Positions 15,885 to 24,846 of a DNA stretch of 32,000 bases are shown here, one piece after another. The notes beneath the pieces are model-generated. The model saw nothing but the letters and a program-made list of their open reading frames with translations, was not told the origin of the DNA and did not search any database. A program made the translations under genes and the position numbers. Position 1 is the stretch's first letter. Each line of letters begins with the position of its first letter. This stretch comes from Promethearchaeota archaeon (lineage in GTDB: Archaea; Asgardarchaeota; Hermodarchaeia; Hermodarchaeales; Hermodarchaeaceae): positions 17,330 through 49,329 of the forward strand of contig JBHLMI010000019.1 in the NCBI GenBank assembly GCA_048938295.1, in the 5' to 3' direction.

Positions 15885-16482
15885 CGTGAGGTTCCTCCTT
15901 ATGGTGTAGCGAGTTATCCTGGAACATTACTTCTCCAGCTGGAACTGATGGATGATAGGTACACCATTGCACTCGTTCTAGCTGTAAGCCGGGCTCATCG
16001 GATCGTGGCCGCAGCATATACACTTTGAAGATCCGGCTGATGGGATCAATCAGGAAGAAGATGTTGCCCTCAGCGCAGAAAGGCGTGTTGAAGAACGTGC
16101 GTAAATCCGTTGAGGAGAACTGCGGATCGCCACCAAAAGGATGGGAGTGCCAGAGGCCGACGACACGAGGAGAATGGGGATTGTTGCCATATCGATCGTG
16201 AAGGGTAAGCCGATATTCGAAGATACCTTCCGGAGTGAACCGGGCATGGGCGATACTGGCTTCTACGTGTCCAGAGGCCCAATCGGTGACACGGATATAC
16301 TTCGCGCCCTGCCATTGTCGACGGAAGCCCAGAATAACGCCCAGGGCTTCACGAGGAGATGTCCCTGTGGCTTCTTTGAGACAATAGTTGAAGATCGCTT
16401 TACAGGTCCTTTCAAAGACGTAGACAGGGAAGACGGTTGGAGTCAATGGTTCTTCTGTGGAATACTGTCCGGGTGTTGTCAT
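15859..16482 (-). CDS. JAB/MPN+ (JAMM) metalloprotease, putative Ubl maturase/deconjugase
   Basis: REALGVILG (catalytic Glu) and VVGLWHSHP...FSSTD (HxH-x-S-x2-D type JAMM motif); overlaps the E1 start by 26 nt. Confidence 0.9.
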   Translation of the reverse strand: MTTPGQYSTEEPLTPTVFPVYVFERTCKAIFNYCLKEATGTSPREALGVILGFRRQWQGAKYIRVTDWASGHVEASIAHARFTPEGIFEYRLTLHDRYGNNPHSPRVVGLWHSHPFGGDPQFSSTDLRTFFNTPFCAEGNIFFLIDPISRIFKVYMLRPRSDEPGLQLERVQWCTYHPSVPAGEVMFQDNSLHHKEEPHDDEETHTD

Positions 16483-16659
16483 TCAGTTTCACAAGATGAA
16501 ACGTTGTTCTGAATTGTTAAATCCTTGTAATACAAAGAGTTAATTCATTTCTTCTGATGGTCCTGAATTTTGTAGTATTGGCTTATGTAATATTAGTGAG
16601 TCTTATGGTCTGGTTTCGATGGCACACCTGGTGAAGGAGTGCAATTGCAAAGTATTTTG

Positions 16660-18129
16660 TTAGTGCAGAGCGTTCATATCACCGAGTCGTGATGACCAGG
16701 GATACCGCTCCATGATATTGTCTAGGAGGCGTCGGAGTTTCTCCACTTCCGAGGTGTCCGCATACACCAGAAATACTACGCGGCCACCACGGCTGCGTTT
16801 CATTTTCTGATAGATCGTTTTCGTCGTGTTGACAGTATCACAGATAATGAGTAGATCGGCATCGGGTAGGTCAAGGTCACGCTCACCGACCGGAGACAAG
16901 ATGACTGCAGCAGGTGGTTTAGCTTGTTTGAATTGTGATAGCACTGCTTGTTTGTCTGAGGTGCGTCCGGTGAGTTGAAAGGTATTTACGCCCTTCATTT
17001 TGAGCAAGCTGTCTATTTCACTGACGACGTTAAGGTATGAGGTGAGGATTACAGTTTTGTCCGCTGTTAATGCAAGCTCTTGGGCTTTCAGGGATTTGGG
17101 AGTGATTTTAGGCCAATCTTGCATCATGCGGTTAACATCGATGTTAGATTTGAGGGTGGGATGGTGGAGGTAGCGGCGGAAGCTTTTGGATGCCATACCG
17201 TACAAGTATTTCCGGGTCATTAGGAGCCCGCTGTATTTTTGAGCGAGGTCTTCTGAGATGGGGAGTTCGTGGAGGATTAAATGGAGAATACGGGTAGATT
17301 CTGGGAGTTCCCCTAACGGCTGACCGGTTTCTTCGCGAACCGTTTGGTGAATTTCTTCCCGAGTGGATTGGATGAGGTCGTCGATGACCAGGGAAGTAGC
17401 TCTAATCACCGGACTGGTGACAGGGGTGGCATTCAGGATGGTGGGTTTGATGAACTCGTCCAAATCAGTGTCGACCAATTCGTTCATACTAATCAGTTCA
17501 ACGTTAGGTAGAAACTCTGCAAGGGTTTGGAGTTCATCACGGATCTGGAGCTGCTCTTGAGCGAACACCACGTGGTCATCGCGAAGGGTGCCACTAAGGC
17601 CAATAATCCAATTGTCTTTAAAGAATTCGAGGAGATAACCCCACGGTTGGATGAGCACCCGGTCTTGTCCAACCCGCCGGAGGATTGTATCGACTTCGTT
17701 GATCATCAAGCCATCAAAGTCTGTTGGCGTCAGATTCCCTTTTTTAAGAATGTTGGCTAGCACGCGGGGAGTACATAAGACTACTCGCGATTCTCGCAGG
17801 AGTTGATTACGACGTGGTCCTTGAATGCTAGGAGCTAGGACACCTAAGCCCTCAACACCACCGTATTCTTTTTCTAGGTATTGGGCAGTTTCTTGGAGCG
17901 AGGATGACGAGTTGACTGTGATGATGAAACGGGTTTGGGGAAATTGCTCGGTGACTAATTTGTAGGTGAGGACGCGTTTGCCCAACCCACAGTCTAACTC
18001 TACCAAGATGTTACGGTTCCGCTTTTCCTTGATTCGTCGGAGAATATATTCTTGATACTGTCGCGTATCAAATCGTTTCGAATCTGTGTCACAGTTGGGG
18101 GGTGGAGAGGGTGGGGGAGACATGTTCAC
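16660..18129 (-). CDS. SF2 helicase-like protein, Hef/FANCM/Mph1-related, with degenerate ATPase motifs
   Basis: RQYQ Q-motif; motif I LDCGLGKR; TPR; motif II INEVD; III LSGT; V PVGERDLDLP; VI QKMKRSRG. No ERCC4 nuclease domain. Confidence 0.7.
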   Translation of the reverse strand: MNMSPPPSPPPNCDTDSKRFDTRQYQEYILRRIKEKRNRNILVELDCGLGKRVLTYKLVTEQFPQTRFIITVNSSSSLQETAQYLEKEYGGVEGLGVLAPSIQGPRRNQLLRESRVVLCTPRVLANILKKGNLTPTDFDGLMINEVDTILRRVGQDRVLIQPWGYLLEFFKDNWIIGLSGTLRDDHVVFAQEQLQIRDELQTLAEFLPNVELISMNELVDTDLDEFIKPTILNATPVTSPVIRATSLVIDDLIQSTREEIHQTVREETGQPLGELPESTRILHLILHELPISEDLAQKYSGLLMTRKYLYGMASKSFRRYLHHPTLKSNIDVNRMMQDWPKITPKSLKAQELALTADKTVILTSYLNVVSEIDSLLKMKGVNTFQLTGRTSDKQAVLSQFKQAKPPAAVILSPVGERDLDLPDADLLIICDTVNTTKTIYQKMKRSRGGRVVFLVYADTSEVEKLRRLLDNIMERYPWSSRLGDMNALH

Positions 18130-18147
18130 AAACCTTGTTGCCTTAGT

Positions 18148-18825
18148 CTAGATAAGTTGCACAATTCCCTTGAAAGAGTCGAATATACGACTAGCGAAGG
18201 GGGCTAGATCGTCGTTAGTACCAAAGCCAGTGAGAACACCGATTGTAAAGTAGCCAAGGCTTTTTGCGGCCTCCAATTCACCCGCGGAATCGCCGACCAC
18301 CCAGACATCACCTTCGATTTTGACATCTCGAAGGGCTAATCGGATTAGTCCTTGACGGTGTGGGAGATATGGGAATAGGGGGATACGGTCTTTACCCTCG
18401 GCTATCGCCAAGTCACCGCGGGTGAAGATGTCCTCGAACCATTTGTGGAGTCCAAAGCGTCGGATTTCATGGCGGGCTTGAGCACTGTCTTGTCGTGATG
18501 TGATGATACGCATATGTTCAACTTGTGGTTGAAGCTGTTCGAGCACTTCGATGGTACCTGGAATTACGTGAGAGAGTTCAGCATGTGAGAAGAAGAATTC
18601 ACGGAAGCCCATGATGTAGTGGATGAACTCTGATTCGGAGGGCTGTATGTTTAAGCGGTTAAGGAGGTCGCGTGTATCAAAGGAGTACCGATACCAGGTT
18701 CGGATCTGTTCGGTCATTACATCATAACCTATCCGGCGTAGACCGCTAGCGTGAGCGTGGATGGCTCTTTCGCGGGTATCGATAAGGGTGCCATCGAGGT
18801 CGGAGAGGAATGCTTTCAACTTCAT
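18148..18825 (-). CDS. HAD-family hydrolase (phosphoglycolate phosphatase-like)
   Basis: DLDGTL, ITS, VGDS..E and GVLTG. Confidence 0.88.
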   Translation of the reverse strand: MKLKAFLSDLDGTLIDTRERAIHAHASGLRRIGYDVMTEQIRTWYRYSFDTRDLLNRLNIQPSESEFIHYIMGFREFFFSHAELSHVIPGTIEVLEQLQPQVEHMRIITSRQDSAQARHEIRRFGLHKWFEDIFTRGDLAIAEGKDRIPLFPYLPHRQGLIRLALRDVKIEGDVWVVGDSAGELEAAKSLGYFTIGVLTGFGTNDDLAPFASRIFDSFKGIVQLI

Positions 18826-18890
18826 TGTGACTGGTGGGATGGAGGTTTGGTTCGGTTATAAGCTTGACTATGGCAGGAACTGAACACAAG

Positions 18891-19565
18891 CTAGAGAAGG
18901 GTACCGATATCTGCTACCGAATTGAGAATATGGGTGCAGTAAGGGTCCAGGGCTTCGGGCGTGTAGAAGCCGGTCAACACTCCAATCGAGGTATACCCCA
19001 GTCCCTGTGCTGCTTGCATTTCATTGGGTGAATCGCCGAGTACCCAGACATCATCAGTCATTTTAAGGTCAGCAATGGCAAGTTGGATTAAGCGTTGCCG
19101 ATGCTCTAAGAACGGGTAGAGTGGAACTTCTCGGACGCCCTCAGCGCGAGCCAAGTCACCACGGGTAACCACCTGATGATCAAAGAGGGCAGCCAACCCA
19201 AAATGATTGACTTCTTGTCGTGTCTCCTCGACCCACGCCCGTGACGTAATCAGCCGTAAGGCATTGACGCGGGGACGAATTTCCTTGAGGGCTTCAATGA
19301 CTCCGGGAAAGACAAAGGAGTACTGCCAACCTTTGTAAAATTCCTGTTCGATGTGCATGAAATACTGGATAAGGTCTCCTGGTGAAAGCTGGATATCTAA
19401 TCCCCCTAGGAATTGCTCATAATCCATAGTAAATTCTACGAGAGGAACGACCTGCTCAATTGCCACTGTGTATCCGAAATCCGCTAGCGCATTAATCTGT
19501 GCATGGATGAATCGGTCTCGGACATCGAGAAGGGTTCCATCTAAATCTGATACCAAGATTGGCAT
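18891..19565 (-). CDS. HAD-family hydrolase (paralogue of the adjacent HAD)
   Basis: DLDGTL, ITS, LGDS..E and GVLTG; colinear with 18148-18825. Confidence 0.88.
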   Translation of the reverse strand: MPILVSDLDGTLLDVRDRFIHAQINALADFGYTVAIEQVVPLVEFTMDYEQFLGGLDIQLSPGDLIQYFMHIEQEFYKGWQYSFVFPGVIEALKEIRPRVNALRLITSRAWVEETRQEVNHFGLAALFDHQVVTRGDLARAEGVREVPLYPFLEHRQRLIQLAIADLKMTDDVWVLGDSPNEMQAAQGLGYTSIGVLTGFYTPEALDPYCTHILNSVADIGTLL

Positions 19566-19682
19566 GGCATAACTCTTCCATGAAATAACAAACCAGTCTA
19601 ACCCGAGTTCGAAATCAAGCTGTTAAAGGTTTGTCCTTGTAGAATCTATAATGTTCGTAAAAGAGTAGATAAGTCCACACTT

Positions 19683-21044
19683 TTAGAAAGGTGCTTTAGG
19701 AATGAACCCGTTATCCATGAGAGACTGAGTCACATCAATGGAGCGTTTAATGATCTTAGTGGCGTGTGCGAGGAGTTCTTTCTCTTCCCACTCTTTCCGG
19801 GCAACCTTCTGTTCGATGGCTTTCATGCCAACCGCAACCGCTTCAGCAGGATAAAGCTCCCATTCTTGCATACTAGGAATCACATAATCTTCACGTAGTC
19901 CGCGTTCTTCAGCAATGTCGGCGAGTCGGGTTGCCGCGGCGATGCACATCTCATCGGTGATTTCCATGGCTCGGACATCGAGGGCACCACGAAAGATGGC
20001 AGGGAATCCGAGGCTGTTGTTAATCTGGTTATCGAAGTCGCTGCGACCTGTACCAACCACTTTGGCACCTGCTTCTTTTGCTTCCCAAGGCCAGATTTCA
20101 GGGAGAGGGTTCGCGCAGGCGAAGACGATGGCATCTTTGGCCATTTTTGCGACCCATTCTTTCTTGATTAACCCAGGCGTGGGAGCTGCGGCGCTGATGC
20201 ACACATCGGCACCACGGAGCGCTTCACCAAAGTCCCCAGACCGTTGTTCTTCGTTGGTCAGGATTGCTAGGTCGTATTTTTCATGTTCATCTTCTTTCAT
20301 TGCCTTCAAATCCTCACGCCCCTTGTAGAGCAGTCCATCACGGTCGCATAGGATGATATTACCGGCAGGAACTCCTGCTTCAATGAGCAGTTCTGCTGTA
20401 CAGGTGTTTGCTGCACCGACGCCAAGCATAGCGATTTGCACTTGATCCAAAGACTTGCCTACGAACCGTAAGGCACCCGACAACCCAGCTAGAATGATAG
20501 TTGCCGTTCCCTGCTGATCATCATGAAAAACGGGAATCTTCATATCAGTTTTCAGGCGGTGCAAGATATTGAAGCACTTAGGCTTCTCAATATCCTCTAA
20601 GTTAATCCCACCAAAAGTGGGTTCCAGGAGCTTAGTCGCTCGAATGAAGTTCTCGGGATCCTGTGTATTCAGGGCAATTGGAACCGCATCAACTCCGCCC
20701 AGATACTTAAAGATCAATGATTTACCCTCCATAACCGGCAACGAAGCTTCGGGACCGATATTTCCTAACCCGAGTACACGGCTGCCATCCGTAACAACGG
20801 CAATCATGTTGGCTTTATTAGTGTGCTCCCAGACCTTCTCTGGGTTGGCTTGGATGTCACGGCAGGGAGCAGCGACACCGGGGGTGTACCAGATAGCAAA
20901 GTCGTCGAATCCCCGGATTGTGCACTTGGGGATGGTTTGGATTTTACCTTTATAATAGGGGTGGAGTTGCATGGCTTCTTTGGCCGGTTGTTTAGCCTTT
21001 TCGAGGAGCTCTTCTTTAGTTGGGGGACGTTCAGCTTGGCTCAT
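19683..21044 (-). CDS. NAD(P)-dependent malic enzyme (short archaeal type)
   Basis: YTPGVA, TDGSRVLGLG, MEGKSLIFK, INLEDI, FHDDQQGT, G.GAA, FACANP.PEI, TGRSDF.NQINNSLGFPAIFRGALD. Confidence 0.95.
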   Translation of the reverse strand: MSQAERPPTKEELLEKAKQPAKEAMQLHPYYKGKIQTIPKCTIRGFDDFAIWYTPGVAAPCRDIQANPEKVWEHTNKANMIAVVTDGSRVLGLGNIGPEASLPVMEGKSLIFKYLGGVDAVPIALNTQDPENFIRATKLLEPTFGGINLEDIEKPKCFNILHRLKTDMKIPVFHDDQQGTATIILAGLSGALRFVGKSLDQVQIAMLGVGAANTCTAELLIEAGVPAGNIILCDRDGLLYKGREDLKAMKEDEHEKYDLAILTNEEQRSGDFGEALRGADVCISAAAPTPGLIKKEWVAKMAKDAIVFACANPLPEIWPWEAKEAGAKVVGTGRSDFDNQINNSLGFPAIFRGALDVRAMEITDEMCIAAATRLADIAEERGLREDYVIPSMQEWELYPAEAVAVGMKAIEQKVARKEWEEKELLAHATKIIKRSIDVTQSLMDNGFIPKAPF

Positions 21045-21229
21045 TATCGTGCATCTCGATGATGTCTATTTCCCCTCCTATTGGGGTTAGAACGGTTCGG
21101 TGAGTCAGTTAAGTGTATTTCCCTTCTTCGACGTTTATTTGGCAGCAGATGAGAAACGAAAATACTATTACTTATTTGAAGAAGTTGAAGAGAAAGGTAT
21201 GGTAAGCTTTAGATTGGTGAGGATTATAT

Positions 21230-23047
21230 ATGGTATCACTTAGCAAGAAAGTCGCGAAGATTTTTGATATCCCAGATTTGAATTTGCTAGACGTCTCACA
21301 TGATGGAGCGTTTTTACTCGTAGTGAGTAACAGAGAGAACGTTCATCACGTTTACCAAATCCCGCTTGATACCCATGAAAACTGGTGCCCGATTACGTCC
21401 GGAGAGGACCGAGTGCTAGAGGGAGTATTGTCGAAGGATGATTCACAATTTGTCTTTCCCATGGCTCGTGGTGGGAGTGAAAAACACCATCTATACTTGT
21501 ATAATTTTGGAAATAGTGAAACCACACTCTTCAAGGAATTAGATTCGATGAGAGTCGGTGGCCTAAAATGGGCACCGGATAATGTTATTTTGTTTGATGG
21601 CTCATCACCGGAGAAATATGGGATATGGAAATACGATCTCTCTGAGCAAGAGATTTTACAAATCTATCAGACACAGCAGCTGGGTGATATTGGGCCTGTC
21701 AATCCGAAAAGGCCCCTTGTGGCATGGTCTGAGTATCGTGAGGGATCTCGAACAGCGAAGTTGATCAAGATGATTGATTATCGCACTGGTGATCTCGTTA
21801 ATACTATCTCGGTGTCTGAAACGAGCGAAAATTATCACTGGGTATGGGACGAAACTGGGGATAATCTGGTGTTTAGTACGAATGAGCCAGGTGAGCCGAC
21901 ACTAGCGGTTTGGAATCGTAAAAATCATGATATTCATTATCTTCAGGCCACTCAACTAGGACTAGCGTTGGACTATGTGGATGTAAAGGTCATTCCGAAA
22001 AGTAAAGAGGTTCTTTACGCGGCAAAGAAGGAAGGACAGACACGACTATTTCGGGAACTGCTCGATGCTTCCAGTCTCCCTGTTGAATTGCCCTTAGAGC
22101 CCGGCTGGGTCAGCGCCATCCGAATTAACAAGAACACTGGACGAATTTTTCTTGCATGGTCAAGTTTCGATACACCCACCCAAATTGGGGAGTATTTGCC
22201 TGAAAAAGGACAATTCAAAGTCTTAGCAGATTCCAAACCCAAAGCCATTTCCAAGTTATCACAAGGACAACTTACATGGTATCCTAGTGTTGATAATTGG
22301 TCAATTCCGGGTTTTGATGTTCCGCCTACCAAAGATGCCCCAGAACTCCCAGGGAACCCAATAATAGTCTTGATTCATGGGGGTCCATCATGGGAGTTCT
22401 CATATGATTGGGGGGCAATGGGGATTATCATACAGGCATATGCTGCTTCAGGTTTTCGTGTATTCTGTCCCAATATCCGTGGAAGCACAGGATATGGACG
22501 GGAATTTCTCGAAGCCAATATCTTGGATTTAGGAGGAGCAGATCTAAAGGATGTTGTAGCTGCTCGCGACTATTTGAGAAAAAGGTATCCAGCTAGCAAC
22601 AAAATTTTCCTAACAGGAGCCAGCTATGGTGGATTCATCACTTTCCTGGGCTTAACTAAATTCCCAGGGACTTTTGATGCAGGTGCAGCTATAGTCGGCA
22701 TCACAGATTGGTTTGAAATGCATCGCCTGGGTGATGCAGTATTCAAGGCTTTTACTGAACACTTTTTCGGAAAACCAAAAGAGAACAACGAGCTCTACAC
22801 TGATCGATCTGCAATCAATTTTGTAAAACAACTTCAAGAGCCCCTCTTCATTGTTCATCGTGCCAACGATTCACGGTGTCCCGTTGAACCCATCTATACT
22901 TTCACGGGCAAGGCGGTTTCCTTAGGCAAAGCAGTAAGTATCTATGTTGAACAGGAAGCAGGTCATGGAGCTCAAAAGGCGGATCATTTAAAGAAACAAT
23001 ACGGATCGGTAATCGAGTTTTTCTTGAATCAGGTATCGAAGAAGTAG
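21230..23047 (+). CDS. S9 family serine peptidase (prolyl oligopeptidase/acylaminoacyl peptidase)
   Basis: N-terminal beta-propeller-like region, IHGGP, N.RGSTGYG, nucleophile GASYGG, ND.RC (Asp) and GHG (His). Confidence 0.92.
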   Translation: MVSLSKKVAKIFDIPDLNLLDVSHDGAFLLVVSNRENVHHVYQIPLDTHENWCPITSGEDRVLEGVLSKDDSQFVFPMARGGSEKHHLYLYNFGNSETTLFKELDSMRVGGLKWAPDNVILFDGSSPEKYGIWKYDLSEQEILQIYQTQQLGDIGPVNPKRPLVAWSEYREGSRTAKLIKMIDYRTGDLVNTISVSETSENYHWVWDETGDNLVFSTNEPGEPTLAVWNRKNHDIHYLQATQLGLALDYVDVKVIPKSKEVLYAAKKEGQTRLFRELLDASSLPVELPLEPGWVSAIRINKNTGRIFLAWSSFDTPTQIGEYLPEKGQFKVLADSKPKAISKLSQGQLTWYPSVDNWSIPGFDVPPTKDAPELPGNPIIVLIHGGPSWEFSYDWGAMGIIIQAYAASGFRVFCPNIRGSTGYGREFLEANILDLGGADLKDVVAARDYLRKRYPASNKIFLTGASYGGFITFLGLTKFPGTFDAGAAIVGITDWFEMHRLGDAVFKAFTEHFFGKPKENNELYTDRSAINFVKQLQEPLFIVHRANDSRCPVEPIYTFTGKAVSLGKAVSIYVEQEAGHGAQKADHLKKQYGSVIEFFLNQVSKK

Positions 23048-23202
23048 AGGCCCTCGAGACTAGCCTGTTTTAACTTGAATCCTTGAATTGAGAAACTGCA
23101 TCAATCATTGCTTCTTGAACAGTCGAGTCCGATCCCTTGGAGTATTTGGCTTCGAATTGCGAAATAACACCTGCTCTAATTCGCGGATTGAAATTGAACC
23201 AT

Positions 23203-23799
23203 TCAGGTTGCAGTTGTGAGTAGAGACTGAGGCTCAGCTGTGGTTATCCGAGTCCACATGAGATTGGCTATGATTTCGAAGGCTTTGGTCACGTTATAGC
23301 CGTCCTTAGCACTTGTTTCCAAGTAACCAGCTAAATTATTTATTTGCGTATAATCTCTTGCTAGATCGCTGTTTTTATCCCCGGCATCTCGTTTGTTTCC
23401 AACGAGTAAAATTGGAATTTCATCAGTATTGCTGCGAACTAAAGTTAGCCATTGATCTAGATGGTAGAAGGTGGGAGGACGTGTAAAATCGAATGCCAGA
23501 ATACAGCCGAGGCTTCCACGGCAATAGGCTGGTAAAAGGAAGCGGAACCGCTCTTCACCTGCAAAATCCCAAATTGTTAAGGTGATAATTACTCCTTCCA
23601 TGTTAAGGTCGCGGGTTGCGAAACCAGAACCAACCGTCATACGTTGGTCAAGATAATTGCCTGTTAAGTATCGATGGATGAGAGTGGTTTTTCCCACACC
23701 TCCATCCCCAACGACGATTAATTTCAAAACTGCTTTTCGGGGTAGACATGCATCTCCTGTGGATACCCATCCGATTGGGTTTGAATGCAACTCGATCAT
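23203..23799 (-). CDS. Ras-superfamily small GTPase, Rab-like
   Basis: G1 GDGGVGKT, G2 MTVG, G3 WDFAGEERF, G4 GNKRD, G5 ETSAK; no C-terminal Cys prenylation motif. Confidence 0.93.
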   Translation of the reverse strand: MIELHSNPIGWVSTGDACLPRKAVLKLIVVGDGGVGKTTLIHRYLTGNYLDQRMTVGSGFATRDLNMEGVIITLTIWDFAGEERFRFLLPAYCRGSLGCILAFDFTRPPTFYHLDQWLTLVRSNTDEIPILLVGNKRDAGDKNSDLARDYTQINNLAGYLETSAKDGYNVTKAFEIIANLMWTRITTAEPQSLLTTAT

Positions 23800-23988
23800 A
23801 CCCCACTGATTCTTACAGCTAACGTAGTGTTTGATCCCACTGGTTTCTTACTCATCGTCTCCTCCTTAACGAGGTGTAGCCAGTTCGATGAGCACAGCTA
23901 AGAAACCGTTAAGGTCCTTCTTAAAAGCTCTCGTATAAATCGTACCTTAGAGGGTAAAGTTGCGGTTTTCTATAATCTTGAATCTCGA

Positions 23989-24777
23989 CTATTTTTGAGC
24001 AATCCGATTGGCAATCAGAGCAGCGATTGCGCCTGCGCCAATACCATTATCGATATTCACGACGGCTAGGCCAAGTGAGCAAGATTGGAGCATAGAAATT
24101 AGTGCACCGAGTCCTTCACCTCCCAACCCATAGCCTGTGGAAACTGGTAGACCAATTACTGGGATATCCACTAGCCCAGTGACGAGGGATGGGAGGGCGC
24201 CTTCCATTCCAGCGGCGACAATAAGAACATCAATCCCTTGTTCAACCATTTCAGCCAATTCAGGGAACAGCCGATGCACGCCTGCAACACCCACATCATA
24301 GGCAGAAAAGACCTGGCAGCCCATGGTTTCTGCCATCATACGTGCTGCTTCAGCAATGTGGCGGTCAGATGTTCCTGCTGAAATAATCCCGATTTTTCCT
24401 CCTGTTTGAGAAATCTGATAATCGGGTTTCCGAATGATAGCAATTTCTCCGACAGAAGAGAGCTCAAAAATAAATTCATCTCCAAAGAGTTCTCCAATCT
24501 TCTGTGCTTTTTCCTCGGAGAGTTGACTGAAGATGAGGAGGTTCTTTTCCTTCATCCCTACTTTGATGATTTCCAATAAATCAGAGGTGGATTTATTTTT
24601 AGCAAATATTACTTCAGGGATGCCCTTTCGGGTTTCACGTTGGACGTCCAGTTTTGCCATCCGGGCGACTTCGATGATGTTGAAGATGCGTAATTTGGTT
24701 TCTGCTTCTTTCACAGTATATTCGCCAGAAGCCACCTTTTCGAGAATATCACGAAGCTCAGTCATTGCTGCTACCAC
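23989..24777 (-). CDS. larB: Nickel-pincer cofactor biosynthesis protein LarB (AIR carboxylase family)
   Basis: RKGIPEVIFA..K, SAGTSD..IAE, DVGVAGVHRL, AGMEGALPSLV, PVSTGYG, CS.GLAVVNIDNG.GA. Confidence 0.93.
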   Translation of the reverse strand: MVAAMTELRDILEKVASGEYTVKEAETKLRIFNIIEVARMAKLDVQRETRKGIPEVIFAKNKSTSDLLEIIKVGMKEKNLLIFSQLSEEKAQKIGELFGDEFIFELSSVGEIAIIRKPDYQISQTGGKIGIISAGTSDRHIAEAARMMAETMGCQVFSAYDVGVAGVHRLFPELAEMVEQGIDVLIVAAGMEGALPSLVTGLVDIPVIGLPVSTGYGLGGEGLGALISMLQSCSLGLAVVNIDNGIGAGAIAALIANRIAQK

Positions 24778-24846
24778 CAGTTTCTCATAGAAGGACCAAG
24801 CATATTAAAGCTTGAAGATTTCACAACTCAATGGTGAGATTTCTCC

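Noticed and set aside
11685-16482. Sulfur-carrier (ThiS/MoaD/SAMP) pathway interpretation of Ubl+E1+JAB
   Set aside because: An E2 with a catalytic Cys and RING proteins are present, with no rhodanese, MoaE or thiamine genes and no GG terminus; protein conjugation fits better.
18097-18117. G-rich tract as a G-quadruplex element
   Set aside because: Explained by the Pro codons (PPPSPPP) at the helicase N-terminus, and it has only three runs of three or more G.
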